Position numbers and translations under genes: made by a program | Shown here: positions 47,901-57,368 of the stretch, in pieces | Layout of the letters: each line of letters begins with the position of its first letter | Position numbering within the stretch: position 1 is the first letter of the stretch | NCBI GenBank assembly: GCA_052147435.1 | Contig: JBKQKP010000042.1 | Location: forward strand, 1-64,000 | Direction: 5' to 3' | Source: Polyangiaceae bacterium | Lineage (GTDB): Bacteria; Myxococcota_A; Polyangia; Polyangiales; Polyangiaceae | DNA length: 64,000 nt | Notes under the pieces: model-generated | Databases searched by the model: none | The model's input: only the letters and a program-made list of their open reading frames with translations | Told to the model about the DNA's origin: nothing

Positions 47901-49373
47901 TTGGTCCCGGCACTGGAGGATCAGCTTCTTCAGGCCGAGACCGCCGTCGAGCACGCGGAGCGGGCCGCGGGCGTGGCCGAGGACACTTACGACAAGTCCA
48001 CCTCCACTTGGCAGGACGCCGACGGCCATCGCCGCGCGGCCCTCGAACAGCTGACTGCGGCGGAAGCTCGCTTTCAGCAAACTGGAATCGGCGAGCCCAC
48101 GCCAGAGGCTGTTCACGAGGCGCAGACGGAGGTGGACAAGCTCGAGAGGGAGCTGCGAGCCCTGTCGCAACGACTCGCCGAACTCGCCACGGACTGCGGC
48201 CGCCGAGAAACGGAATGCACGCAGGCGGCGTCCAAGCAGAAGGAAGCGGAAGACAAGGTCGCGAGCGAGCGCCGCGAGGCGGAGCCCGCGATCGAACGTT
48301 GGGCGCGTCTGCGCGCACTCGCCGGACAGCACAAGCTCCTCTCGAGTGTCCTCGCGCCGGGCAAGAGCGACGTGAGCGGGATCCGCGGTCACGTGAACCT
48401 CGTCCAGGAGGCCCACAAGCAGAAGGCGGTTCTCGTCGAGCGACTGCGCTCCGCGCAGGGCGGGCAAGCACTGCTCGCCGGAGTGGAGAAGGGGCCGGAC
48501 ACTTCGGACCTCGCGTTCGCGGACACCTACCTCGAACTGTGGCTCGCGGTTCGAGACTGGCTGAGGCAGCGACTCCCGGCGCAGGTCGCCGAGGTGGACG
48601 ATCCGCGGGAGGCGCTGCTGCGCCTGCGTGACCAGCTCGCGAGCCTCGACGAGCGCCTCACACGGCAGGAAGGCGATCTGCGGGGCGCGAGCGAGGACGT
48701 CGCGCGCGGCATCGATGTGCAGATTCGCAAGGCGCGCGGCCAAGTGAATCGTCTGAACAAGAACCTCGACGGCGTCCGCTTCGGAAGCATCCATGGAATT
48801 CGTGTTCGATTACAACCCGTCGAGAAGATGGAGCAGGTCCTCCGCGCGCTGCGCGAGGGCGCTGCGCAGAGCCTGCTCTTCCAGACGGATCTCCCCATCG
48901 AGGAGGCTCTCGACGAGATCTTCCGTCGCTACGGCGGTGGCCGCACGGGCGGGCAGCGACTGCTCGATTACCGCGAGTACGTGCACCTGCAGGTCGAGAT
49001 ACGGCGTAGCGCGGGAGCGGATTGGGAGATCGCAAACCCGACGCGGCTCTCGACGGGCGAGGCGATCGGCGTCGGCGCCGCGTTGATGATGGTCGTGCTC
49101 ACGGAGTGGGAGCGGGACGCGAATCTGCTTCGGGGCAAGAAGTCGTCTGGATCGCTTCGGTTTCTGTTTCTCGACGAGGCGAACCGGCTCTCGCACGACA
49201 ACCTCGGGGTTCTCTTCGATCTCTGCCAGACGCTCGACCTTCAGCTCCTCATCGCGTCACCGGAGGTCGCGCGCGGGGAGGGGAACACGACGTATCGCCT
49301 CGTGCGCCGGACGAGCGAGGACGGACGTGAAGAGGTCGTTGTGAGCGGGCGGCGCACGAGGGCGGAAGCGTAA
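44955..49373 (+). CDS. jetC: Wadjet JetC (MksB/MukB-like SMC-family ATPase), unusually long at 1472 aa
   Basis: N-terminal Walker A LEGANGAGKTTVM. ~1100 aa of Ala/Arg/Glu-rich coiled-coil. C-terminal signature LSTGEAIGVGAALMMVVL and Walker B RFLFLDEANRLS. Confidence 0.85.
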   Translation: MSRARAEALVLVNWKGVFYERYLLDRHVTALEGANGAGKTTVMIAAYVVLLPDMSRLRFTNLGETGATGGDKGIWGRLGEAGRPAYAALDFALSGARRLIAGVHLERKGEPSVEPTPFIVTGLGADVRLQDLMLVAQGDTEVVPELTELRESAARLGGRLQVFTSARDYFAALFDEGVTPLRLGTDEERNKLNEMLRTSMTGGISRALTSELRSFLLKEEGGLADTLQRMKANLDACRRTRTEVHESQRLEREIGGVFDAGQTMFAAVFLATRERADELQRRVTEAEAVRVTASAAHLEAQKALEGVRRDLDSAEARRVEGDATLTGARDWLTRVRAALAAAQDVARRTEELEAAEKVERAAARERAIADEAREARRAERKRAQQNHKRAAGGLADLQRGLEELHRRAGAYHQVLRRRTEAEKLLGETQLPSTALDTRLTECRSNLAEADRERRDGAQRLADAAAHRDEHAKVLNALQTLGNKDVDAETAHASALDQLRRLRELRAVADRAPSISKELDAARRLAGRQASVRERAQKLGVALGEGPAGEQLRGLLEDAESDRAQLEEAERTARASLADVERLLKDAHGRRRELAEKEPQWRDLAERAGRLGDAASLPLVDRAALDRARAFVGEQLDAARKREDELTRAREQLHAEARELLAAGGPFDPELLRLKDQLAADLFAASFEDVGLDEAGALEARLGPLAQALIVDDPVSAAEAIATRQSSLASVWLVARDQNVSALALDTSQRPGSRDVLVEEGPALRVSRIPDRPRLGRTAREQRAADLRAEAALREKELEEEWTRRRALERLAADGDALLAGHVVWLAGDPGPGLAELRRRIVEGEAQAGIHGGAATRNAEAARALRPRIDGLRGLLGDALLLDPPDHAARAAALDDEQRASIAAQSEIARSGGAARIVEDRLEVLRRSPLSEADIAALRRRVEELREQRDRLEGAIDAIDYIAKNVEALGWGDASAKLQQNQALVPALEDQLLQAETAVEHAERAAGVAEDTYDKSTSTWQDADGHRRAALEQLTAAEARFQQTGIGEPTPEAVHEAQTEVDKLERELRALSQRLAELATDCGRRETECTQAASKQKEAEDKVASERREAEPAIERWARLRALAGQHKLLSSVLAPGKSDVSGIRGHVNLVQEAHKQKAVLVERLRSAQGGQALLAGVEKGPDTSDLAFADTYLELWLAVRDWLRQRLPAQVAEVDDPREALLRLRDQLASLDERLTRQEGDLRGASEDVARGIDVQIRKARGQVNRLNKNLDGVRFGSIHGIRVRLQPVEKMEQVLRALREGAAQSLLFQTDLPIEEALDEIFRRYGGGRTGGQRLLDYREYVHLQVEIRRSAGADWEIANPTRLSTGEAIGVGAALMMVVLTEWERDANLLRGKKSSGSLRFLFLDEANRLSHDNLGVLFDLCQTLDLQLLIASPEVARGEGNTTYRLVRRTSEDGREEVVVSGRRTRAEA

Positions 49374-50362
49374 TGTGGGAAACTGCAGACGAGTACTTGG
49401 CGCTGCTCGAGCTGCTCTCACGCGGCACCCTGAAGCGGCGACGCGTACAGGAGGGAGCATTCGAAGCCCTGTCCGAGCTTCCGTGGACGCGCGCGACCGG
49501 ACGCCGGGATGAGCTGGGCCTCGTGGAAGACCGACGCCACGAACTCGTCGCGCTCCTCGAGCGTGTCTGGCCCGCCTGGAGAGAAGAGCTCGCAGATCTC
49601 ACCGCGCAAGGTCTTCCACCCACCCCCGAGGGCCGGGCGCGCCTGCTCGACACCCGCCGGGCGGCGGGCATCCCTGAGCTCCCGGACCGGATCAATCGGC
49701 GTACGGCGGCGGCGCTCGCCGCGCCTCACTCCAAGGCGACCCTCACGGAGGGGAGACGAGCCGCCCTCGGCGACACGGAGGCAACCCATGACGGCACCGT
49801 GCGCTTGCGCCCTCCGCCCGGAATGGTCGCGCGCACCAACCGGGGTGTCGTCGATCTCTCGGCCGTCGCCGATGTTCTTGGCGAGGTCGCGATACCGGAA
49901 CGCGCCTTCCTCGACGACCTACAGCTCGAGGGCGACCTGCGTGCCGTCCTTCTTGTCGAGAACCTCGGTGCGTGGCGAGACATGCCCGCGCCCGCGGGCT
50001 TTCTGCTCGCGCATGTCCCCGGTTGGGACACGGCGACTGTCGCGCGCCTCCTCGACCACGTCGCGGATGTGCCCGTCGTTCACTTCGGCGACCTAGATCC
50101 GAACGGCGTCCGGATCTACTTGCACTTGCGCGAACGCCGCCCGGGTCTGCGCTGGTTTGTTCCTGCCTTCTGGGGCGAGTTCGTCGAGAGCCACGCCTTG
50201 CGCGCGCCCTGGCCGGCGGACCTCAACCTCAGCGCGGCTCCGGCGCTCGTGCGGGAGCTTGCTGGGCGTGGGCTCTGGCTCGAACAGGAGCGCATCGTGC
50301 TCGACCCCAGGATTTGCGAGGCGCTCGATTTCGCACTGCGCACCAACGGTGCCGACCCATGA
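49373..50362 (+). CDS. jetD: Wadjet JetD (MksG-like Toprim/topoisomerase-VI-A-like nuclease subunit)
   Basis: Toprim-like acidic motifs LLVENLGAW (E) and VVHFGDLDPNG (DxD) in the C-terminal half. TAATG overlap with jetC. 329 aa. Confidence 0.75.
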   Translation: MWETADEYLALLELLSRGTLKRRRVQEGAFEALSELPWTRATGRRDELGLVEDRRHELVALLERVWPAWREELADLTAQGLPPTPEGRARLLDTRRAAGIPELPDRINRRTAAALAAPHSKATLTEGRRAALGDTEATHDGTVRLRPPPGMVARTNRGVVDLSAVADVLGEVAIPERAFLDDLQLEGDLRAVLLVENLGAWRDMPAPAGFLLAHVPGWDTATVARLLDHVADVPVVHFGDLDPNGVRIYLHLRERRPGLRWFVPAFWGEFVESHALRAPWPADLNLSAAPALVRELAGRGLWLEQERIVLDPRICEALDFALRTNGADP

Positions 50363-50464
50363 CCAAGCCATCGCCCACGCCGGTGTACTCCGCCGCCGCC
50401 GCCCAGGCCGCCCACTGTTGGCTCAACGACCTCGTGGCGCTCCTGATGTATGCTGCACGTCAGC

Positions 50465-50827
50465 ATGGCCGCCAAGAAGACCCCCTCGAAGAAGCCCGTG
50501 AACAAGTCGAAGTTCGTCCGGTCGCTCCCGAGGACGATGCCCGGAGTGCAGGTTGTCAAGAAGGCGAAGGAGGCCGGGATCAAGATCACGATCGGGTACG
50601 TCTACTCAATCCGAGCCAAGAGCAATGCGACGCGGAGGAAGGGCTCGACCCCTACGGCGAAGCGCGGCCCCGGTCGCCCGCCCGGGGTGGCCATCGTGAA
50701 CGGGAACAGCCCCGCCGCGACGGGCTGGGGAGGATCGAGCGGGGGCCTCGCAGCGGAGATCGAGCGCATCGTCGAGCGCAAGGTCTCGGAGCTGCTCAAG
50801 GGGAGGCTCGGGGCTCTGTTCGGGTAG
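50465..50827 (+). CDS. Small lysine-rich basic protein (histone H1-like / nucleoid-associated-like)
   Basis: MAAKKTPSKKPVNKSKFVRSLPRT...VKKAKEAGIKITIGYVYSIRAK... Very high GC3 despite Lys richness, which argues for real coding. The overlapping long ORF 49972..51468 in another frame is rejected. Confidence 0.6.
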   Translation: MAAKKTPSKKPVNKSKFVRSLPRTMPGVQVVKKAKEAGIKITIGYVYSIRAKSNATRRKGSTPTAKRGPGRPPGVAIVNGNSPAATGWGGSSGGLAAEIERIVERKVSELLKGRLGALFG

Positions 50828-51036
50828 TCTCCTCTCCGGAGCGCCCTTTCTCTGAAGCCTGCCGCGCGGCGGTTACGGACCGTGCGCCGGCAATGCCCGG
50901 CCTGCTGATTTCGGCCTTCCGGAGCACTACCGTTCGAGGGCCGCTCCAACCGCTAACGGGGCGCGCACGACGCGCGATCGGTCATCCGGGCGCAGTCCCG
51001 CTTGACCGCGCCGATCCGCTTGGTTCTCCTGGCCGC

Positions 51037-51468
51037 ATGAAATTCAATGACAGGTCTTGGGTCGGAGGAATCGTCGCAGTCGTCCTGATGGCTTGTCTGA
51101 CGGCATGCGCGAAGACTGCACCGCCTGTCGCGGAGTCCGACTATGCGACGAAAGTCGTCGGGCTCTGGCAAGGCACGGTGGGCTCATCGAAGGAGACCAT
51201 GTCACTCGACAAGAATGGGACCTTCGTTTGCCAGCTTCAGCCGACGGGATTCATTTCCACCATGATTTTCCCCACGAAGGGGGGCTCGATTCGGGGAACG
51301 TGGAAGGTCACTGGCACCGCGATCACGCTCGATATCACCGGTGAGAAAAATGAGCGTCTGGAGAACAATACGGCATCGAGCACGATCGTGTCCTTCAAGG
51401 AAGACGAGCTCGTCTTGAAATCCGATCGTGGAGGGACTGCGGCCTTCGAGCGCGTACGCAACATGTGA
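51037..51468 (+). CDS. Small lipoprotein (lipocalin/beta-barrel-like), lower-GC gene
   Basis: Lipobox VLMACLTACA. 143 aa. Local GC is visibly lower, with AAA/ATT codons, unlike the neighbouring genes. Confidence 0.6.
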   Translation: MKFNDRSWVGGIVAVVLMACLTACAKTAPPVAESDYATKVVGLWQGTVGSSKETMSLDKNGTFVCQLQPTGFISTMIFPTKGGSIRGTWKVTGTAITLDITGEKNERLENNTASSTIVSFKEDELVLKSDRGGTAAFERVRNM

Positions 51469-51793
51469 TCGAGAGATCGCCCCCCGCACCCTGTCCCCCG
51501 CCCTCGTCGCCGAGTACAGACCGCGCTGCCACCCAAGGCGACGCTTCAGAGGAAGCTCCACGAGCTCTACGCGCAGCGCGCGCCGCGCGGGTTGGCGGGG
51601 AGCGACAGAGCCACGGGCGTGCGCGGCGGGACCCGGGGAGCCGAGCGGAAGCGCCGAAGATGGTGAACCTCGCGCCGCCGCGGGACCGGCGCCGTCCACG
51701 TGGGCGTTGGGGGCCGCGGCGGCGTCCCGGCGTACCCACGAATGTGCAGGCCAGCGTCTGCACGATTGCCGTCGCCGCGCTCCGACAGGATCC

Positions 51794-52021
51794 TCAATCT
51801 GCAGCGCAGACTCGGTCGATCGCCGCGGCGATCCGGCTGACCGTTCTCTCGGGTAGAAGCGCATACGGATCGGTCGCGCATTCGAGCGTGACCACTCCGA
51901 CGCCGAGCGCGCGCGCCGCCTGGTGACGCCCGAGGGTGGCCACGAGGCGGCGCAATCGTTCGCGGCGCTCGGGAGCGAGGCGAACCTTTCCATTTCCCTC
52001 GGCGCGAGGACTGGCGCTCAC
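51794..52021 (-). CDS. Small HTH DNA-binding protein (hypothetical)
   Basis: RLRRLVATLGRHQAARALGVGVVTLE resembles an HTH. 4-nt overlap with the upstream ORF 52018..52596. Confidence 0.35.
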   Translation of the reverse strand: MSASPRAEGNGKVRLAPERRERLRRLVATLGRHQAARALGVGVVTLECATDPYALLPERTVSRIAAAIDRVCAAD

Positions 52022-52596
52022 GGTGTAGCCCCTCCTGGAACATCGGACGTACGTGGGGAGCGGCGCCGCCGAAGGACAGCTTCGCCGCCCGCCGAGCGGA
52101 GCACGTCCTCTCCGCGGCGCGCTGCCGGAGCACGCGCTTCTTCGGGTGCGGGCGCCACCACGGCGTCGTCCGTCCGGGGGCTCACGATCTCGGGCCGACG
52201 GGTGAACCGCTCCACCGCGGCGAGAACGGACGCTGGATCGACGATCGCGACGTTCGGATACGCTTCGGTTAGATCGACGGCCTCCGCGAGCGACACCGGC
52301 TCGCCGGGCCGAATGGGGGTCGCTCTTCGCGCACGGGGTGTCGGCACGGTATCGCTCCGTGCGGCAATCGATCGGGCCGTGGCTGAGGTTGGGCGATGGG
52401 GCCGACCCTGCGCGCCGCGATCATCCCGGGGACGGATCACCTCGGCGAGCTCGCTCATGGAGGCTGCGCGCACCGCGTCGAGCACGGCCTCAGCAAGGCC
52501 CTGCGCGAGCCGCACGAGGGTAGCGTGGAGTGAAAGACGGCGGGTGGTCACGGGGGAGATTCTGTACACCCGATCGCCCATGCTCGGACCGGACAT
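52018..52596 (-). CDS. Hypothetical protein
   Basis: 192-aa ORF with high GC3, translationally coupled to the small HTH gene. No recognisable motif. Confidence 0.3.
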   Translation of the reverse strand: MSGPSMGDRVYRISPVTTRRLSLHATLVRLAQGLAEAVLDAVRAASMSELAEVIRPRDDRGAQGRPHRPTSATARSIAARSDTVPTPRARRATPIRPGEPVSLAEAVDLTEAYPNVAIVDPASVLAAVERFTRRPEIVSPRTDDAVVAPAPEEARAPAARRGEDVLRSAGGEAVLRRRRSPRTSDVPGGATP

Positions 52597-53039
52597 CGCG
52601 TCGGTGACCGCCCGCGCTCCTCCATCGACGGCCGTGTCGTCGTCGTTGTTCAGTGGGAGGCCGCAACCCCTCGAAAGGAATCATTGTCGAAAGGCCGCCT
52701 TCAGTGAAAAGTGGCCGTGCGCGCCCTCCCGCGATCAACGCGCTGCGGACGTCCTTGCGAGCCGCGCGAGCCGGGGCGCGATCCGAGGCGGTCGCTCGCC
52801 GCTCGGCCCACCTCATCGGAGCCAACGCGGCCGACGCGCTATGCCATCCGACACCGCTTCGCGTTGAAGCGAAAGGCATCCTTGCCCACGAGACCGCTTC
52901 GCGCAGTTCATGCGCTCGCGCGGGCTCGACGGCGTGGCCCCCTTCGTGCCTGGGATCGGCGGTTGTCGACGACACCGGCGCAGTACTCGGCGTACGCAGC
53001 GCGCCCTACGCCGGGAACCCCATCGAGGGACGCGCAAAG

Positions 53040-55430
53040 ATGACTCCAAGCACATCCAAATCGCAGGAACGCCCCACATCCGGGAGCCCTCCCTGCTGCC
53101 ACGCCGCGGACGGCGCGGCCTCGCTTGGGCACGCTACATCGGACCCCGTCGTCGCTCGCCCAAACGTCCCGGACCCACGGCTAGGTTCTCCCGTCGCGGC
53201 GGATGGCTACACCTGCCCGATGCACCCCGAGGTGCACTCGGACAAGCCAGGCGCGTGCCCGAAGTGTGGGATGGCGCTCGAACGTGTCGTCATGACGGCT
53301 CCGGCGACCAAGACCACGTACGTCTGCCCGATGCACCCGCAGATCGTCCGCGACGCGCCCGGAGCGTGTCCGATCTGCGGCATGGCTCTCAAACCCAAGA
53401 CCACCACGAGCGACGAACCGGCGAATCCCGATCTCGTCGCGATGTCACGCCGCTTCTGGTGGTCCATCGCGCCGACCGTCGTCGTCGTCTTCCTCGGGAT
53501 GTCAGGTCTCGCGGGAAAAGCGGGTCCGTGGATCGAACTCGCGCTTGCCACACCCGTCGTTCTCTGGGGAGGCTTCCCGTTCTTCCAGCGAGGAGTCGCC
53601 TCGATCGCGCACCGCAGCCTGAACATGTTCACGCTCATCGCCCTCGGAACGGGCGCCGCGTACGTCTACAGCGTCGTCGCCACCCTCGCGCCCGGCGCGT
53701 TTCCCCCGTCGTTCCGCGAGGCAAATGGGACGGTCGGCGTCTACTTCGAGGCCGCCGCGACCATCACGGTGCTCGTGCTCCTCGGCCAGGTACTCGAGCT
53801 GCGGGCGCGCAGCCGGACGGGAAGCGCGATCCGCTCCCTGCTCGGGCTCGCGCCGAAGAGCGCCCGTCGGCTTCGTGACGATGGGACCGAGGAAGACGTC
53901 CCCCTCGAACAAGTGAGGGCCGGTGACCGGCTTCGCGTGCGCCCCGGCGAGCGAGTGCCCGTCGACGGGACCGTCCTCGAAGGCTCGAGCACGGTCGACG
54001 AATCGATGATCAGCGGTGAGGCCATGCCGGTCGAGAAGGCCGTCGGAGCTCGTTGCACCGGCGGCACGGTGAACGGGACGGGGGGCTTCGTCATGCGCGC
54101 GGAACGCGTCGGGAGCGAGACGCTCCTCGCCCAGATCGTCAAGCTCGTCGCGGACGCGCAGCGCAGTCAGCCGCCGATCCAGCGCATCGCCGATCGCGTA
54201 GCGGCCTACTTCGTTCCGGCCGTCTTGCTCGCGGCGATCGTGACGTTCGCGGTCTGGGCGCTGGTCGGCCCCGAGCCTCGGCTGGCGCATGCGCTCATCA
54301 ACGCCGTCGCGGTCCTCATCATCGCTTGCCCCTGCGCGCTGGGGCTCGCGACGCCGATGTCGATCATGGTCGGTATCGGCCGCGGCGCGACGATGGGTGT
54401 GCTCTTCAAGGACGCGAGCGCGCTGGAGACGCTCCGGAACGTCGACACGATCGTCGTCGACAAGACGGGAACCCTCACCGAGGGAAAGCCCCGTGTCGTG
54501 GCCATCGTCGCCGCTTCGGGTCGCACGGAAGGCGAGGTTCTCCTCGCGGCGGCGAGCCTCGAGCGCGGGAGCGAGCATCCTCTCGCCGCTGCGTTCCTCG
54601 CGGCGGCGAAGGAGAAAGGGCTGACGCTCGTCGCCGCAGAGGACTTTCGGTCAGTCACTGGGAAGGGGATCACGGGGCGAGTGAACGGCCGTCAGACGGG
54701 CGTAGGCAATCGCGCCCTGGTTGTCGAGCTCGGAGCGGATGAGCAGCCCCTGGCGGCAAGGGCGGAGGAGCTTCGCTCCAAGGGACAGACGGTCGTCTTC
54801 GTCACGATGGGGGGGAAGCTCGCAGGCCTCATCGGGGTCGCCGACCCCATCAAGGCGGGCGCCGCCGAAGCCGTTCGTGCGCTCCGCGCGGAGAAGGTCC
54901 ACGTCGTGATGCTGACGGGCGACAACCGTACGAACGCCGACGTCGTCGCCCGCGCGCTCGGTATCGACGAAGTGGAAGCCGAAGTCCTCCCCCAACAGAA
55001 GGGCGAGGTCGTGCGAAAGCTGAAGGCCAAGGGACGGATCGTCGCGATGGCCGGAGACGGAATTAACGACGCACCGGCGCTGGCCGAAGCGAACGTGGGG
55101 ATCGCGATGGGCACGGGGACGGACGTCGCGATGCAGAGCGCGGGCGTCGTCCTCGTCCGCGGCGACCTCGCTGGCATTGCCCGTGCGCGCGAGCTCAGCC
55201 GAGCCACGATGCGAAACATCCGGCAGAACCTGTTCCTCGCGTTCGTCTACAACGGCGTGGGCATTCCGATCGCGGGCGGGGCGCTCTACCCGGTGCTCGG
55301 CCTGCTTCTCAGCCCGATGATTGCGAGCGCGGCGATGAGCCTCAGCTCGGTGTTCGTGATCGGCAATGCGCTCCGCTTGCGACGCGCGAGCCTAGGCGGC
55401 GCTACGTCCAGCCGGCCGGAGGGCCCATAG
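53040..55430 (+). CDS. copA: Copper-translocating P1B-type ATPase (CopA-like) with two N-terminal CPMHP...CPxCGM metal-binding motifs
   Basis: CPC in TM6, DKTGTLT phosphorylation site, [14 protein letters not shown]-terminus has [22 protein letters not shown] and [22 protein letters not shown]. Confidence 0.9.
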   Translation: MTPSTSKSQERPTSGSPPCCHAADGAASLGHATSDPVVARPNVPDPRLGSPVAADGYTCPMHPEVHSDKPGACPKCGMALERVVMTAPATKTTYVCPMHPQIVRDAPGACPICGMALKPKTTTSDEPANPDLVAMSRRFWWSIAPTVVVVFLGMSGLAGKAGPWIELALATPVVLWGGFPFFQRGVASIAHRSLNMFTLIALGTGAAYVYSVVATLAPGAFPPSFREANGTVGVYFEAAATITVLVLLGQVLELRARSRTGSAIRSLLGLAPKSARRLRDDGTEEDVPLEQVRAGDRLRVRPGERVPVDGTVLEGSSTVDESMISGEAMPVEKAVGARCTGGTVNGTGGFVMRAERVGSETLLAQIVKLVADAQRSQPPIQRIADRVAAYFVPAVLLAAIVTFAVWALVGPEPRLAHALINAVAVLIIACPCALGLATPMSIMVGIGRGATMGVLFKDASALETLRNVDTIVVDKTGTLTEGKPRVVAIVAASGRTEGEVLLAAASLERGSEHPLAAAFLAAAKEKGLTLVAAEDFRSVTGKGITGRVNGRQTGVGNRALVVELGADEQPLAARAEELRSKGQTVVFVTMGGKLAGLIGVADPIKAGAAEAVRALRAEKVHVVMLTGDNRTNADVVARALGIDEVEAEVLPQQKGEVVRKLKAKGRIVAMAGDGINDAPALAEANVGIAMGTGTDVAMQSAGVVLVRGDLAGIARARELSRATMRNIRQNLFLAFVYNGVGIPIAGGALYPVLGLLLSPMIASAAMSLSSVFVIGNALRLRRASLGGATSSRPEGP

Positions 55431-55503
55431 CGTGGTACACCGAGGTCTCGTGACGAGGAGACGCGCAAGCTCACCCAGGCGAGTCGCCGCCGCGAGGCGC
55501 GTG

Positions 55504-55902
55504 ATGGGGGCGCTCTGCGTTCTGTTCGCGTGCGTGTTCGCGTCCGGGATCGCTCATGCCGGCGCGCGCTACTTCTATTGCAACGCGATGAGTGAGCTGC
55601 TCGCGGCGCCGTGCTGCCCATCGGCGTCGGACGACGCGCGCGCGAGCGGCGCGACCGAGGCGCCGATAGTGACCACACCCGAGTGCTGTCACGCGGAGGC
55701 GCTGCCGGCGCTCCCGCAAGCGACGTCTGGCGACGCGCCGGCCGTGCATGCGGCTCCGCTCCTCGCGACCGTTCCGTCGCCGAAGCACGACAGCCAGGAG
55801 CGCTTCCTCTCACCCCCCCTTCGCGCGGTGCTCATTGCGTCGTCGGCGCCGCCACTCTTGGCATCGGAACGGCGTGCTCGATTGATGGTCTTCCTCACGT
55901 GA
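55504..55902 (+). CDS. Small secreted Cys-rich protein (possible periplasmic metal-binding accessory)
   Basis: Signal peptide MGALCVLFACVFASGIAHA; CNAM...CCPS...ECCH cysteine pairs. Lies between copA and the outer-membrane factor gene. Confidence 0.4.
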   Translation: MGALCVLFACVFASGIAHAGARYFYCNAMSELLAAPCCPSASDDARASGATEAPIVTTPECCHAEALPALPQATSGDAPAVHAAPLLATVPSPKHDSQERFLSPPLRAVLIASSAPPLLASERRARLMVFLT

Positions 55903-56009
55903 GCGGCTCGCGAGACGGCTGAACGCCGCTTCGCTCGCAGAGCGTTCGCTCCAATGTCGATCGGTGCCCCGCCTTGCCGCGGGAGCGCCATGAGGAAGGA
56001 CCCGTGCCA

Positions 56010-57368
56010 ATGGTCTCCCGCATCTCTAGCGCTTCGTGCGTGCTGTGGTTGTCTCTCACCGGATGCGCCACGAGCGGCGGACTCTCCTATGACACCCTCC
56101 GTGTCGCTGCGGAGAACACCGGCGTCGTTGAAGAGCCCGCGCGCGCCGCCGACGACGGTGCTCTCCGCGCCACGGCCCTCGACCGAGCGTCCTTCATCAC
56201 GGCCGTCCTGCATCGGAATCCGACGATTGAGTCCGCGCGGGCAGGCTGGCGAGCAGCGATCGCGCGCATTCGCTCGTCGGGAACGTTCGACGACCCCATG
56301 GTGTCGCTCTCGATCGCGCCGCTTTCGATCGCCGCGTCCGGCGTTCCCCTCGGCTACGAGGGGATGATCAGCCAGCGCGTCCCCTGGCCCGGGAAGCTGT
56401 CGCTCGACGAGTCCGTCGCGCGAGCCGAGGCCTCCGCCGCGAAGAGCGACTTCGAGGGGACACGCCGCGAGCTCGCGCTGGCCGCGGCACTTCTCTACGA
56501 CGAATACTTCGTCGATGTCCGCTCGCTCGACATCAACGCCCAGCACCAGGCGCTCCTTCGCGAGCTAAAGGCCGCGTCGGTCGCTCAGTTCGAGAGCGGG
56601 CGTGGCTCGGCGCAAGACTCGCTTCAAGCGGAGACCGAGCTCACGCACCTCGAGCACCACGCCGTCGTCCTCGCGACAGATCGCGACGTAGCCATCGCGC
56701 AGATGAACGAGCTCCTCCATCGCGATCCAGACGCGCCACTGCCTCCACCACCGGGCGAGATCGCGCTCCCTCCCACGCGTGATCGCGCGATGAGCGCCCT
56801 CGGTGCCGAGGCCGCGCAGCAACGCCCGGAAGTCCGAGCCGCGCGCGATCGCGCGGCTGCCGAGGCCGCGCGCTCCAAGCGCGCCCAGCGCGAGTGGTTC
56901 CCCGATCTCACGCTGTCGACGTCGTACAGCTCGATGTGGGCGATGCCCGAGATGCGCTGGATGGTCGGCGTCGCGTTCAATCTCCCCGTCCAGAGCGGCC
57001 ATCGCGACGGCGCGCGCGACGAGGCCGACGCCTCACGCGTGCGCTTCGAGCAGCAGGCGACGGCGCTCGGTGACAAGGCGCGCACGGAGGTCGCCGTGGC
57101 CGCCGCGAGACTGCATGAAGCGCGGCACGTTGTTGCTCTCTACGGCGAGCGTTTGATCCCGATCGCCCGCGACACCATCGACGCCGCGCGCGCCGGGTTC
57201 GTCGCCTCCCGCAACGACTTCGTCGCGGTCATCGCCGCCGAGAGGAACCTCCGCGACGTGGAGCTCGGCTACCTGGTCGCGCGCGCTGACGTCGATCGAC
57301 GGAGCGCGGAGCTCGATCGCGCGCTCGGTCGAATCCCGGGTCTGCACGGGACAGAGGCGTCGCGATGA
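56010..57368 (+). CDS. cusC: Outer-membrane efflux factor (TolC/CusC-like) lipoprotein
   Basis: Lipobox LSLTGCATSGG. Two OEP repeats with coiled-coil. Overlaps the next gene. Confidence 0.85.
   Translation: MVSRISSASCVLWLSLTGCATSGGLSYDTLRVAAENTGVVEEPARAADDGALRATALDRASFITAVLHRNPTIESARAGWRAAIARIRSSGTFDDPMVSLSIAPLSIAASGVPLGYEGMISQRVPWPGKLSLDESVARAEASAAKSDFEGTRRELALAAALLYDEYFVDVRSLDINAQHQALLRELKAASVAQFESGRGSAQDSLQAETELTHLEHHAVVLATDRDVAIAQMNELLHRDPDAPLPPPPGEIALPPTRDRAMSALGAEAAQQRPEVRAARDRAAAEAARSKRAQREWFPDLTLSTSYSSMWAMPEMRWMVGVAFNLPVQSGHRDGARDEADASRVRFEQQATALGDKARTEVAVAAARLHEARHVVALYGERLIPIARDTIDAARAGFVASRNDFVAVIAAERNLRDVELGYLVARADVDRRSAELDRALGRIPGLHGTEASR

Noticed and set aside
47250-48794. 514-aa minus-strand ORF and several 150-350-aa ORFs inside jetC
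   Set aside because: All overlap the SMC-like gene, which has Walker A and B motifs at its ends. They are frame artefacts of the Ala/Arg/Glu codon bias.
49972-51468. 498-aa plus-strand ORF spanning the jetD 3' end through the lipoprotein gene
   Set aside because: It merges unrelated segments. The K-rich gene lies in a different frame with far better GC3, and the true lipoprotein starts at the internal ATG 51037 with a lipobox.
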